A DNA stretch of 64,000 nt. It comes from Blepharisma stoltei ATCC 30299 (Eukaryota; Protista; Ciliophora). Below are positions 26,001-36,059 of this stretch, piece by piece. Location of the stretch: NCBI GenBank assembly GCA_965603825.1, contig CBFDEM010000053.1, positions 1,364,001 to 1,428,000 of the forward strand, read 5' to 3'. How positions within the stretch are numbered: position 1 is the stretch's first letter; each line of letters begins with the position of its first letter. Both the position numbers and the translations under genes were made by a program. Below the pieces are notes generated by a model that saw only the letters and a program-made list of their open reading frames with translations, was not told the DNA's origin and did no database searches.

Positions 26001-29000
26001 ATTGATCTTGCCTTTGAAAGTTTCGAAAATGAACATCTCCAAAGCTTCATCTTTGTCAGTCAGTCCTTTCATATCAGAAATCAGCTCATTGAGCTCAATA
26101 AACCATGGCTCCTGTGGGCCAGAATAGCCAAGACCGATAGCTTTCACTAATAACAGAACTAGTGTTTGTAGTAAAGGATGGCTGGCTTTTGTAGACTTAT
26201 TTGCATTGTAGAGCTCGTTGGCTTCAGAGAAAAGAATCTTGAAAATTGACTGGAGGGTTGGGCTGGAGTTTTTCATAAACGATTTCAGTATGTTTAAAGA
26301 TCTAGATTTAGACTCAATGTCAGGGGAAGCCAGCATGAATAAGAAGAGGGTCTGTAAGAATCGTGTGGAGTTAAGCAAATTAAGCTCATTGTCAGTTCCT
26401 ACAAGCAGAGAGAATTTTTCTAGCAGCCAAAGAGCGACGTCTGGCTTCATATCAGGCTTTTCTCCTGAGCCTACTGGAATAACGTCAAACTTGTAGCCCC
26501 AGTAGTGTACTGAGCCATCACTATGGAAATAGGTGTAAACAGTGTCTCCTTCAACGTCAAATGGCTGCCAGTTGCTTTCACCTTGACCTGACAAGCACTT
26601 GATTTCTCCTTGCCTGCCAGAGTTTTGGTAAAATCTCAGTGGATCGCAGCCAGATTCTGTATAGCATTGAGGGTCGAACTCAATTCTCAAGCCTTTTGCA
26701 CCTGGGATTGTGATCACATCATCAACGTCCATGCTGTCATTATAAGGATGCAAACTTTCAATAGTAATTGTCTTCAATGCAACTGCAGAAGTCTTTGCAA
26801 TTAAGCAAGACAGCAAAATTGCTATGCACTCAGTAGCAGCTTGAACACGGAAATCTTGCTTATCTAAACTGCTGAGAAGCTGTGTGAATGGGCCTTCCAA
26901 AAGATCAAGCTCTGTGTCAACAAATGACAGAAGTTTTCCAAGATTTAGGCTGTTTGAAGCTTGGACAATGATATTAGGATTTTTCTTGAGCACACTTACC
27001 AATAGTTTCCTTGATGTAGAAACTCTGCGGTTTTCTTCAATATCATATAAGTAGTTATAAAGTTCCATAATGGTATAGCCATCATACGACTTTTCTTCTT
27101 CTTTCTTATTTACTTTTGCTTCTGAAGTTTGGTACTGGTCTACAAGCCCGAAAGAATTTCCTTTGACTGATAAGTTTCTCAATGGGAACACATTGCAGTT
27201 CATTATGGTGTCACTGTCCTTGATGCCGACCAATATGTAGTGGCCTTTTTCTTGCTTTCCAGCAATATTAATAGCTTTCCCTTCTTTATCGGTAACAAGT
27301 CTGAACCCATGAGGCAAGATAACAGAGTAAATTGAGCTGACCTTGATAAATGCAATATCTTTAATTGGGATATTTTTCTTGTCAGGAGCTGTAATTTTGA
27401 TGTAGACGTTGTTTTTCCTTTCATCTTCTATGCTTAGATCGCCGATGTCAGCGTAGTCTCCAGGATTTTCTGCAACAGAGAAGCCAGTGCAGCACTTTCC
27501 AGTCAAAAAGTTTTCTTTCTTCATAGCCAGCCACTGCCTGTGAGCCATTTCAAACTCAATTGGGCTGCCGTTTTCGTAGACTTGGACGACTGAGTAGTCT
27601 TTAGGAATCAGGTCTTTTGACTTAAAGATCTTTATGTCAGTGATGGTAGCTTGCTCTAAGGACAATTGAGAGCTGGATATACTGTCGTCTGGGACTGAAG
27701 TCAAAGTATGCTTTACAATTGATGATAGGCTATCATTGGAACTTAAAAGTTGAGTTACTTCTTCATCAGAAAGTCCCAAAAGTTTTAATCTAAGTCTGTC
27801 TAAGTTTTGTGGCTTAGTCTTAATTCTAACATATCTTTCACCACCTTCTAAGTCTTTAGCTTTTTCTATCTTAGCTTGTAAGCCACCTTCATATTTTCCT
27901 TCATAGACTTCAAATGCAAGTAAACTTATTGAAGCACCTTGCTTAAGGTAAACCCCGTAGTCGCTAATCTTGAAGCCGTTAAATACACCACCTGTCGTAA
28001 TTTCTCTTCTTTCATGGCTGATTTCGTTTACAACTGTGATTTCTCCTGAAGAGCTTGCGTGAATCCTAACAAATAGCTGTTCTGAATGGCTAAATTCATG
28101 CTGGCTCACTTTGTTAATAGTAAAGTGAGAGCTGCCTGCTTCTGATTTCCACCCAATCTTAAGCTTTCCGATTTTCAGTCCTCCGACTAAGCTGTCATTT
28201 TTAACCTTTCCTTCTAAAACAGCCAAAATTGTGACCATAGAGCACTGTGAGTTGACTCCGTGGAAAATAGAATTGTCTAAGGTGTTTAATAGTTCTTTTC
28301 TGTCTGCTGTATTTTCAGGATTATTTATCACGAAATGGTAAAGGCCGTTCTGGTAGAGCTCAGACTTGCCTGAGATATCTCTGGCTTTGAAGGAATTATC
28401 TTCTAAGGCTCCAAGTTTATAAAGTTGGACAGTTTGCTTTTCAGGCTTGACTGGTTCTTGCCAACTAATCACAGCATCTCTTTCTTTGATACCTTGCTCG
28501 AAGCATTTGACAATTTTTACAGCTGGGACATCAAGAGAAAGCAGTTCAGTTGCTAACAGTTGGTCAGCTTCTGCATACTGGGCGATTTTGGCTTGAGCTT
28601 CTTGTTCAGTCATTTGGACTTCTTCTTTAGCTTGTGGGTTCGCATGAAGTTTTTTGGCGAGTTCATTGATAATCTTGGAATAAACATTCTTGCTTGTAAA
28701 CGAGAACGGCTTGCTACGATCTAGAATTCTCCTAATAATGCTTTCTCCCTCAGATTCTTGGACACTTTCTTTGGATTCAAGTATGTCTAGTATTGCGACC
28801 ATAAAAGCGACATCTAGTTTGGCATATAAGATTCTCACATTTGCAATGGTCTCACTAGGAGCGAATATTAAATTTTCTCTGCTATCTTGAAGATTTTCCC
28901 AGAAAGAGACAATGACTTCACTGAGACTGTCTTTTTCTTCTGCAGTTAAATGATCATAGATCCTTGTATTGATTTGAGCCTCAAGTCCTTCAATTTTTTC

Positions 29001-32000
29001 TAGTGGCTCAGTTGCCATTGAGTCTTCGTTTACAGAGTAAAAGTTTGCGTTAGGGTGGTTGATTTCTCTGATAACTCCTCTAGGGATAGAAGAATTGCTA
29101 AGTCTTACCTGTGACAGGGTAATTGGGACTATTCCATAACCATCAAAGTTCTTTGAAGATGCTGATAACAAATAAATGGCTCCTGTATGGCGGGCTTCAA
29201 GCGGCTTGTTCTGGCTAATATTTGCTTTGCCATCTTGCAAGGTTTGTATTAAAGTTTCCACAAGCTCAACTCTCCACCTATCTACCTGGGCTAGAGAAAG
29301 AAGCAAGCTTTCTGCTTCATAAGCCCATCTCAAGGAAATTTCTTTAAGATTTTCGTGCTCATACCAGGTCACTCCGTTGCCAATCTTGCTTAACAGATAA
29401 GAAATAAGGTCAACTTTGGTGTCAGGGAGGTCTTGTAAAGATTCCCAATAAGGCACCAAGGTCTGTGGAGAATGCTGGGTTGGGATGATGTGCCTTAGGA
29501 TTCTGGCTCCAAAAGTAACTATTTTAGAGGATGGGACTGCGAAGGTAAGCTGGAGAAGAGTCTTGAAATATGATTCACGGGCTAGAAGCTTAGGCAAGCA
29601 TTGGGAACCCAAAGATCCATATAAGCTCCAAAGCAGTGAACCTAAATAATCAATTTGACTAGCAATTGCTTGGGAAGCTGTCTTACAAGTATGTGGCAAG
29701 TCTCCATAATATGACAAAGAGTCTTGGATTTCGTTATAAAATGAAGCGAATTTCTCATGGTCTCTATTGATTGCGTTAACAGTGACGTAGAAATCTAATA
29801 AGCCAGCTTCATCTTTGAACTCAGCTGGGGTGTTTTCTGGGATCTTATCTGCAGCAAGGATGCCAGGCTGCTCTGCTGTTCTGAATAGTTCGATGTAAGT
29901 CCTAAAGGATGCTCCTTCTGTTGGCTTTAATTTTCTCTCGAAGTTATCTATAACTCCATTGACATTTGTTAAGTCATAAGCGGCTGCTGCTTCATAATAG
30001 TCGTATGGCAGTTCTTGCCAGAGTTTAGAGCCATTCATGTATTCCTGGACATCTGCTGGGAATTGATCACTAAGTCCTTTAAGCACATGTAAGTACCTGA
30101 AGAAGTCATATTCTCCTCTGTTATTTTTATTTTCCTCGTAGCTTTCTAAGGTTTCTGCAATGGATCTTTCTAGTCTGTTTAAATCTTCTGGGGTCAAAAT
30201 CCCTTTCATTGCAGGGTCAGCCTTTTCTATGAACTCATTGATGATGTCTTTGAGGACACAGCTGGAAAACTTCTCAGTCTCATGTCTGAACTGTCTAAGC
30301 CACTCTTGGACAGGGTTTCTTTTCAGTTCAGCTGGGATCACGTTTTTACCAATCCAACTGTCACCTCTGGCTAGCTGAGCAACTATCAAAGGACTTTCAT
30401 CAGGGGCTGTGAATAGTTTATCATATTTTAGCTCGCTGAAAATAGTTTGCATAAACAGTTCTTGAATTAGTAGCTTTTTGGTTTCGTTTGTCTCTATCCA
30501 CGATCCTGCAATTGAGTATAGCAGCTGCTTGAATAAGGCCCAGGACCCTTTGCTTAGTCTTGTTCTGAGCTCATCTCTTTTCTTTTTTTCTTCTTCTGGT
30601 TCTGGATCTAATAAGGTATCATACTCTGTAAAGGTAAACTCTAAAGTATCAGAAACTCCTGTCAGATATTTGTTATTTGGTTTCTCGTCATCTCTTTTAA
30701 CTAAAATGAATTTTGTCTCTCCTCTGAATGTAAATTCTCCGCAAGCGTCTTCATATCCTTCTAAATTTCTTTCAGATGACAGTACGGCTTCAGTAATAGG
30801 CTTTGAGCTTCCTGCCTTATCGATGACCAAATAAACTTTTGGCTCATCTGGCCTTTCTTCGAGCAGTATTTTAGTAGCGTTTTCTGGCACATCCGGCTCA
30901 GGAAGGACACCAAATCTAGTAATGCAAAGCTCTTTCTTGAATGGGCGGTGAATTTCGTCTTCTCCTATGTAGCCTTTGGCCCATTTTAGGAGATGAGTAA
31001 TTGTGGTTGGGAATTGTTGCTCCAATATCAAGTGGCCGTCCGTTCCTTTTAATGGGCAGCTCATTGCTTCGAGGACAGTCAAATAATGGGTATAGTCCGT
31101 TTGCTTCAGCTTCTTTGGTCTTGGCTTTGACAGTTCTTTTTGTAAAGTGCCATAGACTTGGAAGAAAGAATGCTGGACACAGTGAAGCAGTGTCGGGTCT
31201 GTTCCTTCTAGGCCAACCCAATAATGGTTTTTCTCACTTTTGATTTTCAATGAGTCACTAAAAGCTTTAACTAAGGCAGATTCTTGCTTATTGCTAGAGC
31301 CGATTAGGTTAGCAAACGAGAGGAATCCAAGAGTTCTAGCAATCCCTTTAGTTCTTCTTTTGTCAATAAGACTTACTATGGCTTCAACTGGGACTGAGGA
31401 TTCCAAAAACTTGGTGACAAGATCAGCGACCTTCAAGAATTCTTTGACATCTTCGTTTTCTGGCTCTTTAGTTTTGGAAGCAAGACTTAGAAGTCCTTTA
31501 AGCTTAGATGCTGACTTGACAGCTTCTTTGACAGTTTTCCATTTGCTGCCAGATTTAAGCTTGCCTGAGTCTTGGCTCTGTATTCTTGCTACATTAGAAA
31601 GTAAATTTTTCATGACTTTGCTGACCCCAAGCTCATTCAAGCTTAGCTTATAGTCAGTTCCTAGTAACAAAGCGCATTTCGTCACAATATCTTTATTAAT
31701 GTCGCTATAAGTAATATCTGGTTTGCCGCCATCCATAAGTTTTTGTTTCTGTTTCTGTGCCCAACCTCTAATAAGGCTGCTCTGCTTCACAATATATTTC
31801 ATAGTAGCGCCTATGTCACTTGGAGCGTCAAAAATCTTATTCACAGTGTCAACTGCTTCAAAGAAGGCTGTATAAACAGCAAAAATCGCCCTTTCAGCTT
31901 GATCCATTTCTGCTCCTCCTATATTAGCGGCAGGTCCTACCACTCCTGACTTTTTCTTTAAATTAGCCCAAGCACTGGTAACTCTTTCGCTCCCTTCTAT

Positions 32001-35000
32001 AAGTTCTTGCAAGAATGGGACACTAGAATACTTGGTCTGAGTTTCATGTTTCCCATACCCAGCTACATAGTCTCCTAAGGAAGTTGTGGTTGATAAGCTT
32101 TGTACTATTCTTTTCTTGATCGCTTCAGAATACACTGATGCTGTTAAAGCTTTTTTGGCTTTTTCAGTAAGACTGGCATTGGTGGTCATAATGAAGAGAT
32201 GCTCGTTCAAAGGAGTTGGCTCTTTGACAAGGGTTAAAACACTGTCGTGGATTCCGTATTTTAAGAGAGGGTTGTTTAGCAATTTAGATGCTTCTTCGTC
32301 ATCTGGGGTTAAATCCCACTGCCCTGAAATCAAGTTCGAGCTTATATAGCCGAGCAATGTAGAAGCGGCATCTTTGGTGGTGTCTGGCCATTGTTTGGTG
32401 AAGTAGCTTGCTTCAACTTCAGCCTTGATTTCGATTTTCCAACCCCAGTAGTTGACTGACCCATCAGAGTGGAAAGTGAAAAACAAGAGAGGGTTTTGAA
32501 CTTCTACAGGCTGTTTAGGGAAATTTTCTCCTTCCCATCTAGCGAATTTGCTGCTTCTGTTCTGATCGAGCCAAAGTTCTAAGTAGTCACACCCGTTTTC
32601 TGTTTTACATTGAGGGTCGAACGTCAATAGATATTTCAGAGCCCTTGGGACTTTTACGAGATATTCTGTGTTTAGGCCGTCTGCATAGTTATGGGTCGAC
32701 TCATAAATCTGTGGGATCCAGGCTGAACCTGTAGTCAATACTGATGGCTTAGGGAGGAATTTTCCAACACTTTGAATTAGGCCCTGCAAGCTTGATAAAA
32801 CCTTCGCTAGGATGCTTAAATCCATCTTGCTGAGCATTAAGGAGTATAGAAGACCTTCCAGTAAATGCTGGAGAATAGTATCATTCATTTTGCTGCATAA
32901 ATCGTCAGGGACGTCACCATCAGGATAAAGTGCTAAAATTTCTTTAATTACGCTGTCAGCGTTTTGGAAAAGCAAGACTGCGTAAGACAGCAAAATTTCT
33001 TGCCAGGCGCCTTCAAAGTTGGATCTTGCAGCTTGAGCAATCAAAACAGTCTGACTAGTTTCAAGCAATCTAATTAAGCCAGTTTCTGGGGCTTCGCCAT
33101 GTACAACAGATTTAGAAGTTTTGGTTCCGAATTCAATGAGAAGCTCAAAGTAATGCTGGATCACTTTGCTGTGGTCGTCGCTAACAAGTTGAAGAGCTGG
33201 GAACAGTTTTTCAGGCTGAGCCATTTCTAAGAAAATTCTGTCTTGGAGCTGTTTAAAGACTCCTTCTATTTCTTTTCCACTTTTCTTATCCTCAAGTCTT
33301 TCAATTAAATATGACAATTTTTCTTGTGGTTCGCTGTAAAAGCAGTCAAAGCATAAACTAATGGTAAGAGTTGCTTCCTCACTAGCTTTGGTATTTGGAA
33401 GAATTGTCAAAATCTCAGTTGTGTGCTCCATAACTCGATTTCTTAGCAAAGAGTCAAGACCGTGGTTCTGATGGTGTCGTGATGCTAATAAATGAGCTCG
33501 TATTAACTGCTGAGTTGAAATAAGGGCTAGGTGGCAGTTTTCTTCACTCAATATATGAAATTCGCCACCTTTTATTATGTTGAGCAATGCGACAAAAATA
33601 CTATCAAGTTGGTCGACAGTCAAGTATTGGAGATCTAAAGAAATTCCTCTTTTCTTAGGAATCACAATTTTTTTGCCTTTGCTTTGTAGGAGTTCCAAGG
33701 TTGGGGTGTTGACACAAGCAAGCTTGCTTAAAATAAAGCTCGAAATTTCTGCAGTGTTGGTAGTAAAAAAATCTTCTGAAGGACTATCACCATCTATCAG
33801 CTGATATAAGCGTGTTGCTTTGAATTCTTCTGTATCAACTGGCTTGTCATTTCCAAGTAAGCTAATAACGTCTTCAGGGAATTCTTCAGGAGCAATATTT
33901 TTTACCTTCGTGCTTCCAGCTTGTGTAGTGTAAATCCTGACGCAGTCTGGTAAAGGTCCATGGTTTCCTCTTGGCTCTCTGATCCCATTTTTGTAAAAAG
34001 TGACTGTTTTTTCATCCATGTTGAGGAGCATCCCAATTCTATCTCCTTGTTTGAATGGCTCCCATTTATAAATTTCATTGCTTCTGTTCCAAATTGAAGA
34101 CTGGCATTGATACAGGAAGGAGCTGAAGTTGGAATCTGACCAACTTGACATTGAAGAGTATTTCGTATCCGCAACTCCCCAAAGGAAATTTTCAGTCGAA
34201 AGAGTTTCCATTATCATTTCATAATAATGGACACCTGAAGTAATTTCATCATTTCCTAGCGTAGTAGACCACCCACTTGTGCCAGATACTGAGCAATCAT
34301 CATCTCCTATTACACTATTAGGCCCAACTTTGGTTTTGCACCATTTTGGAACATCTTCACGTGTCGCCACACCTAAGTTCTTGAGCGATTTCAAATGAGG
34401 GTAAATAATTTCTAATATCGGTCTTAAGTTATCATTCTTTGGCATCATTAAAAATCTCAAAGCAAGCACCAAGGTAGATGTCAAGCTGCCTGTGGTAATT
34501 GCCAAGGCAAAAAGAGGCGATAAGCTTGCCAATTTGTCTTCTTCAGTCACATTATCCACTTCTCCTTTCAGAATCGAGTCAAAGAACTGCGCAATGTTGT
34601 CAAGACTTTTAGAAATAGTCGGGTCTGAAGTCTGCAGTGCCATTGGAGGCATTTCTGCAAGGGTTTCTGAGGCTTCTCTTGCCACAAGCTGGTAGATTTC
34701 TGGGTTGATGCCTCCTACGCATTTCACAAGATATAAAAGTGTTCCTAACCCAAAGCGAACAGCTGCTTTGGCTACTGGTGGAAGTGCACCTTTGGTGGCT
34801 GTCAATTTGGTTTCTTCATGCTTGGAACGGAGCTTCCTAGTCTGTTCAAGCCTCAGAAGTGCTTCAAAAATGCGAGAAATGGCTTGGAGTTTGACAATGA
34901 TCTCTTTTGAGCAGGGATCTTCGCCTTTTTTGCGTAAAATGTCATCAATTAAGTTTTTGATAGCATCTCCATGCTTTTCATGATGACGCTCTGTGACGCC

Positions 35001-35237
35001 AACGCTGTAGATCATTGACTCTTCTTGCTCAGTGCTTACATCTTCTTCTTTGGGCTTGACTTTGTCGAAGCCTGGGACCATGTAGTCTTCAAGATCAGAA
35101 CGACAGAGAAGCTTGCCAGTGTTGAAGATAAGTGAAGGGTCGCCGAGGATTTCTAAGTCCTGCTTCATTGATTTTGACAAAGCATCAAGGTCTAAGCCTT
35201 CAACTCTTGACACGATTTCACTTGACGAGTTTCCCAT
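23055..35237 (-). CDS. Giant HECT E3 ubiquitin ligase (4060 aa) with SPRY, CUB-like (ESxHxY) and MABP-like domains
   Basis: C-terminal HECT (GEAATDAGGPY, LKFVWGRSKLP, PVTHTCFFTIDLP with catalytic Cys). Three SPRY-like units, three ESxH(P/N)Y...WG(W/Y)K units. N-terminal MGNSSS is a myristoylation-type motif. Confidence 0.92.
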   Translation of the reverse strand: MGNSSSEIVSRVEGLDLDALSKSMKQDLEILGDPSLIFNTGKLLCRSDLEDYMVPGFDKVKPKEEDVSTEQEESMIYSVGVTERHHEKHGDAIKNLIDDILRKKGEDPCSKEIIVKLQAISRIFEALLRLEQTRKLRSKHEETKLTATKGALPPVAKAAVRFGLGTLLYLVKCVGGINPEIYQLVAREASETLAEMPPMALQTSDPTISKSLDNIAQFFDSILKGEVDNVTEEDKLASLSPLFALAITTGSLTSTLVLALRFLMMPKNDNLRPILEIIYPHLKSLKNLGVATREDVPKWCKTKVGPNSVIGDDDCSVSGTSGWSTTLGNDEITSGVHYYEMIMETLSTENFLWGVADTKYSSMSSWSDSNFSSFLYQCQSSIWNRSNEIYKWEPFKQGDRIGMLLNMDEKTVTFYKNGIREPRGNHGPLPDCVRIYTTQAGSTKVKNIAPEEFPEDVISLLGNDKPVDTEEFKATRLYQLIDGDSPSEDFFTTNTAEISSFILSKLACVNTPTLELLQSKGKKIVIPKKRGISLDLQYLTVDQLDSIFVALLNIIKGGEFHILSEENCHLALISTQQLIRAHLLASRHHQNHGLDSLLRNRVMEHTTEILTILPNTKASEEATLTISLCFDCFYSEPQEKLSYLIERLEDKKSGKEIEGVFKQLQDRIFLEMAQPEKLFPALQLVSDDHSKVIQHYFELLIEFGTKTSKSVVHGEAPETGLIRLLETSQTVLIAQAARSNFEGAWQEILLSYAVLLFQNADSVIKEILALYPDGDVPDDLCSKMNDTILQHLLEGLLYSLMLSKMDLSILAKVLSSLQGLIQSVGKFLPKPSVLTTGSAWIPQIYESTHNYADGLNTEYLVKVPRALKYLLTFDPQCKTENGCDYLELWLDQNRSSKFARWEGENFPKQPVEVQNPLLFFTFHSDGSVNYWGWKIEIKAEVEASYFTKQWPDTTKDAASTLLGYISSNLISGQWDLTPDDEEASKLLNNPLLKYGIHDSVLTLVKEPTPLNEHLFIMTTNASLTEKAKKALTASVYSEAIKKRIVQSLSTTTSLGDYVAGYGKHETQTKYSSVPFLQELIEGSERVTSAWANLKKKSGVVGPAANIGGAEMDQAERAIFAVYTAFFEAVDTVNKIFDAPSDIGATMKYIVKQSSLIRGWAQKQKQKLMDGGKPDITYSDINKDIVTKCALLLGTDYKLSLNELGVSKVMKNLLSNVARIQSQDSGKLKSGSKWKTVKEAVKSASKLKGLLSLASKTKEPENEDVKEFLKVADLVTKFLESSVPVEAIVSLIDKRRTKGIARTLGFLSFANLIGSSNKQESALVKAFSDSLKIKSEKNHYWVGLEGTDPTLLHCVQHSFFQVYGTLQKELSKPRPKKLKQTDYTHYLTVLEAMSCPLKGTDGHLILEQQFPTTITHLLKWAKGYIGEDEIHRPFKKELCITRFGVLPEPDVPENATKILLEERPDEPKVYLVIDKAGSSKPITEAVLSSERNLEGYEDACGEFTFRGETKFILVKRDDEKPNNKYLTGVSDTLEFTFTEYDTLLDPEPEEEKKKRDELRTRLSKGSWALFKQLLYSIAGSWIETNETKKLLIQELFMQTIFSELKYDKLFTAPDESPLIVAQLARGDSWIGKNVIPAELKRNPVQEWLRQFRHETEKFSSCVLKDIINEFIEKADPAMKGILTPEDLNRLERSIAETLESYEENKNNRGEYDFFRYLHVLKGLSDQFPADVQEYMNGSKLWQELPYDYYEAAAAYDLTNVNGVIDNFERKLKPTEGASFRTYIELFRTAEQPGILAADKIPENTPAEFKDEAGLLDFYVTVNAINRDHEKFASFYNEIQDSLSYYGDLPHTCKTASQAIASQIDYLGSLLWSLYGSLGSQCLPKLLARESYFKTLLQLTFAVPSSKIVTFGARILRHIIPTQHSPQTLVPYWESLQDLPDTKVDLISYLLSKIGNGVTWYEHENLKEISLRWAYEAESLLLSLAQVDRWRVELVETLIQTLQDGKANISQNKPLEARHTGAIYLLSASSKNFDGYGIVPITLSQVRLSNSSIPRGVIREINHPNANFYSVNEDSMATEPLEKIEGLEAQINTRIYDHLTAEEKDSLSEVIVSFWENLQDSRENLIFAPSETIANVRILYAKLDVAFMVAILDILESKESVQESEGESIIRRILDRSKPFSFTSKNVYSKIINELAKKLHANPQAKEEVQMTEQEAQAKIAQYAEADQLLATELLSLDVPAVKIVKCFEQGIKERDAVISWQEPVKPEKQTVQLYKLGALEDNSFKARDISGKSELYQNGLYHFVINNPENTADRKELLNTLDNSIFHGVNSQCSMVTILAVLEGKVKNDSLVGGLKIGKLKIGWKSEAGSSHFTINKVSQHEFSHSEQLFVRIHASSSGEITVVNEISHERREITTGGVFNGFKISDYGVYLKQGASISLLAFEVYEGKYEGGLQAKIEKAKDLEGGERYVRIKTKPQNLDRLRLKLLGLSDEEVTQLLSSNDSLSSIVKHTLTSVPDDSISSSQLSLEQATITDIKIFKSKDLIPKDYSVVQVYENGSPIEFEMAHRQWLAMKKENFLTGKCCTGFSVAENPGDYADIGDLSIEDERKNNVYIKITAPDKKNIPIKDIAFIKVSSIYSVILPHGFRLVTDKEGKAINIAGKQEKGHYILVGIKDSDTIMNCNVFPLRNLSVKGNSFGLVDQYQTSEAKVNKKEEEKSYDGYTIMELYNYLYDIEENRRVSTSRKLLVSVLKKNPNIIVQASNSLNLGKLLSFVDTELDLLEGPFTQLLSSLDKQDFRVQAATECIAILLSCLIAKTSAVALKTITIESLHPYNDSMDVDDVITIPGAKGLRIEFDPQCYTESGCDPLRFYQNSGRQGEIKCLSGQGESNWQPFDVEGDTVYTYFHSDGSVHYWGYKFDVIPVGSGEKPDMKPDVALWLLEKFSLLVGTDNELNLLNSTRFLQTLFLFMLASPDIESKSRSLNILKSFMKNSSPTLQSIFKILFSEANELYNANKSTKASHPLLQTLVLLLVKAIGLGYSGPQEPWFIELNELISDMKGLTDKDEALEMFIFETFKGKINASAEQVRESSHPYNRQTKCERIQIPGAAFLNIEFDSQSKVEPRDTIFFSYDEEGKSSIEKTVIGVESSSSNWADMPKGPDIALSNNNKTVTRTTSSGWGTAIFNESYSSGKIKISLHIDNDGDSAYLYIGVIKSDGTDYNLSEYIGSDCSREVWTWKKSGEFHKKGSNTSGAGYGTNDTVVMLIDADSKELTFFKNEEEIYKFTGLSQSVIPAICFGGSNQLVSIKSVEKLGFGEATIDKKKLKVNGDTVYAWFPVNSGFNKSHFWLGAKDSANRSDGKLTITKVDEGNSIYESSVDLRAGNHYIEATVNSEGRIGIGLAMKSSVENKNLEAETNMILYSDTDGFGLHDVIGVHANFDACTFTFYKNGEQIATKNLGTEFTEESEPLKFVAVLTAPQQAVTLSERPSIPAHVDLLNIASGSDSTLWGYKFKVIPDFKGRNMKVIESLLSFATEEIKTEWRDTYSAKFKRLFCTGAAEQLVIYLDEFTQSKGKDVLALTNEEIDPTEAELIYYPELEKLSKDDIRGLYQILLNFNKRVEASLYLFNLHIDPQQGISELQRVFAGSKSYIFFKIKNTLLKDCISKTNVDVRTEITIDRPKAARHRDRKEVDTLGQFSIFGQIYRALISKQNREFRNSERFYRVSYRGEAATDAGGPYNESISNMVDELQSSYLRLLVPCPNNVHNIGENRESWIINPAAESKQDLELYVFLGKVMGAAIRTQNNLGLSFPPMFWKRLLMDPVSIKDLRGVDVCCVQILEILRNLEANQLTPENFNYAYDVKFTTKDSSGREVDLIENGKDITVTYENAGQYADLVEKYRLAENPKAYEAIRKGMSAVVPIDYLNLFSWKQLEILVCGAANIDIDILKANTDYSNCSATDQHIVWFWEALTEMIPKERALYLKFVWGRSKLPSGRDWKHMTITRYNPPGPVNNYMPVTHTCFFTIDLPPYTTKETMKNKLLYAITHCTDIDLDGSASAGWEEDD

Positions 35238-36059
35238 TTATTTATTATAGCCAACCATCTTTTCAGATAACCTTATCGTCTCATAAAGTCCAAATGGATA
35301 GTTTACTTAAAATCTCTCAAATAATTTAATAAGTCTAAGGCTATGATAAAAATCACAATTTATTTTTAATAAAGATAAAAAAGGACCATGCTAGATGGCA
35401 ATTGTCAGATCAGATTAGAAATCGATAGAAACAATGATGGAAGCAGTAATTAGAAACGCTGCCAAAATACTTGAAAACTTAAATATCGTTTATATATGAA
35501 TTTTGAAATAGCATAGCATTAGAAAAATAGGTATGCTATATAACTGTAACCTTATCTAATGCTTAACTATCAAATATTTTGCTAAAAAGCTCATTTCAGT
35601 AAATCTCGACAATTATTTCTAGTTTTAATGAAAGGATTGATTTTTTGGTCGCCTGATAAACTTTTAAGATAGCTCTTTAGATATAACCAATTAAATGAGA
35701 GAAAATTAGCGTAGATCTGCTACTATATCTAAAAATCCATTAAGGTAGCAGGTTGAAATTACCCAACTCTTGCTATTTCTAATATGCTGAAGTTAAAAAA
35801 TTAAAGAATTACTGAGGATTAACGAGCTGATTATTTTATTCTCATGAATTCATTATTTTAGTTCTCTATAAAAATATATATTTTTGTTAAATAATAAGGT
35901 TTTATAATGATTATTTGTTTAGTTCTAAGTTAGAGTATAAATTATCAATATCTATTGAACTAGAAGTCTCTTATAAACTCATTACGATCTGAAAATAGTT
36001 AATTTATATTGTATTAATTATAAATTTCTTATTTCTATTTGTATAAATTTAATAAAAAT

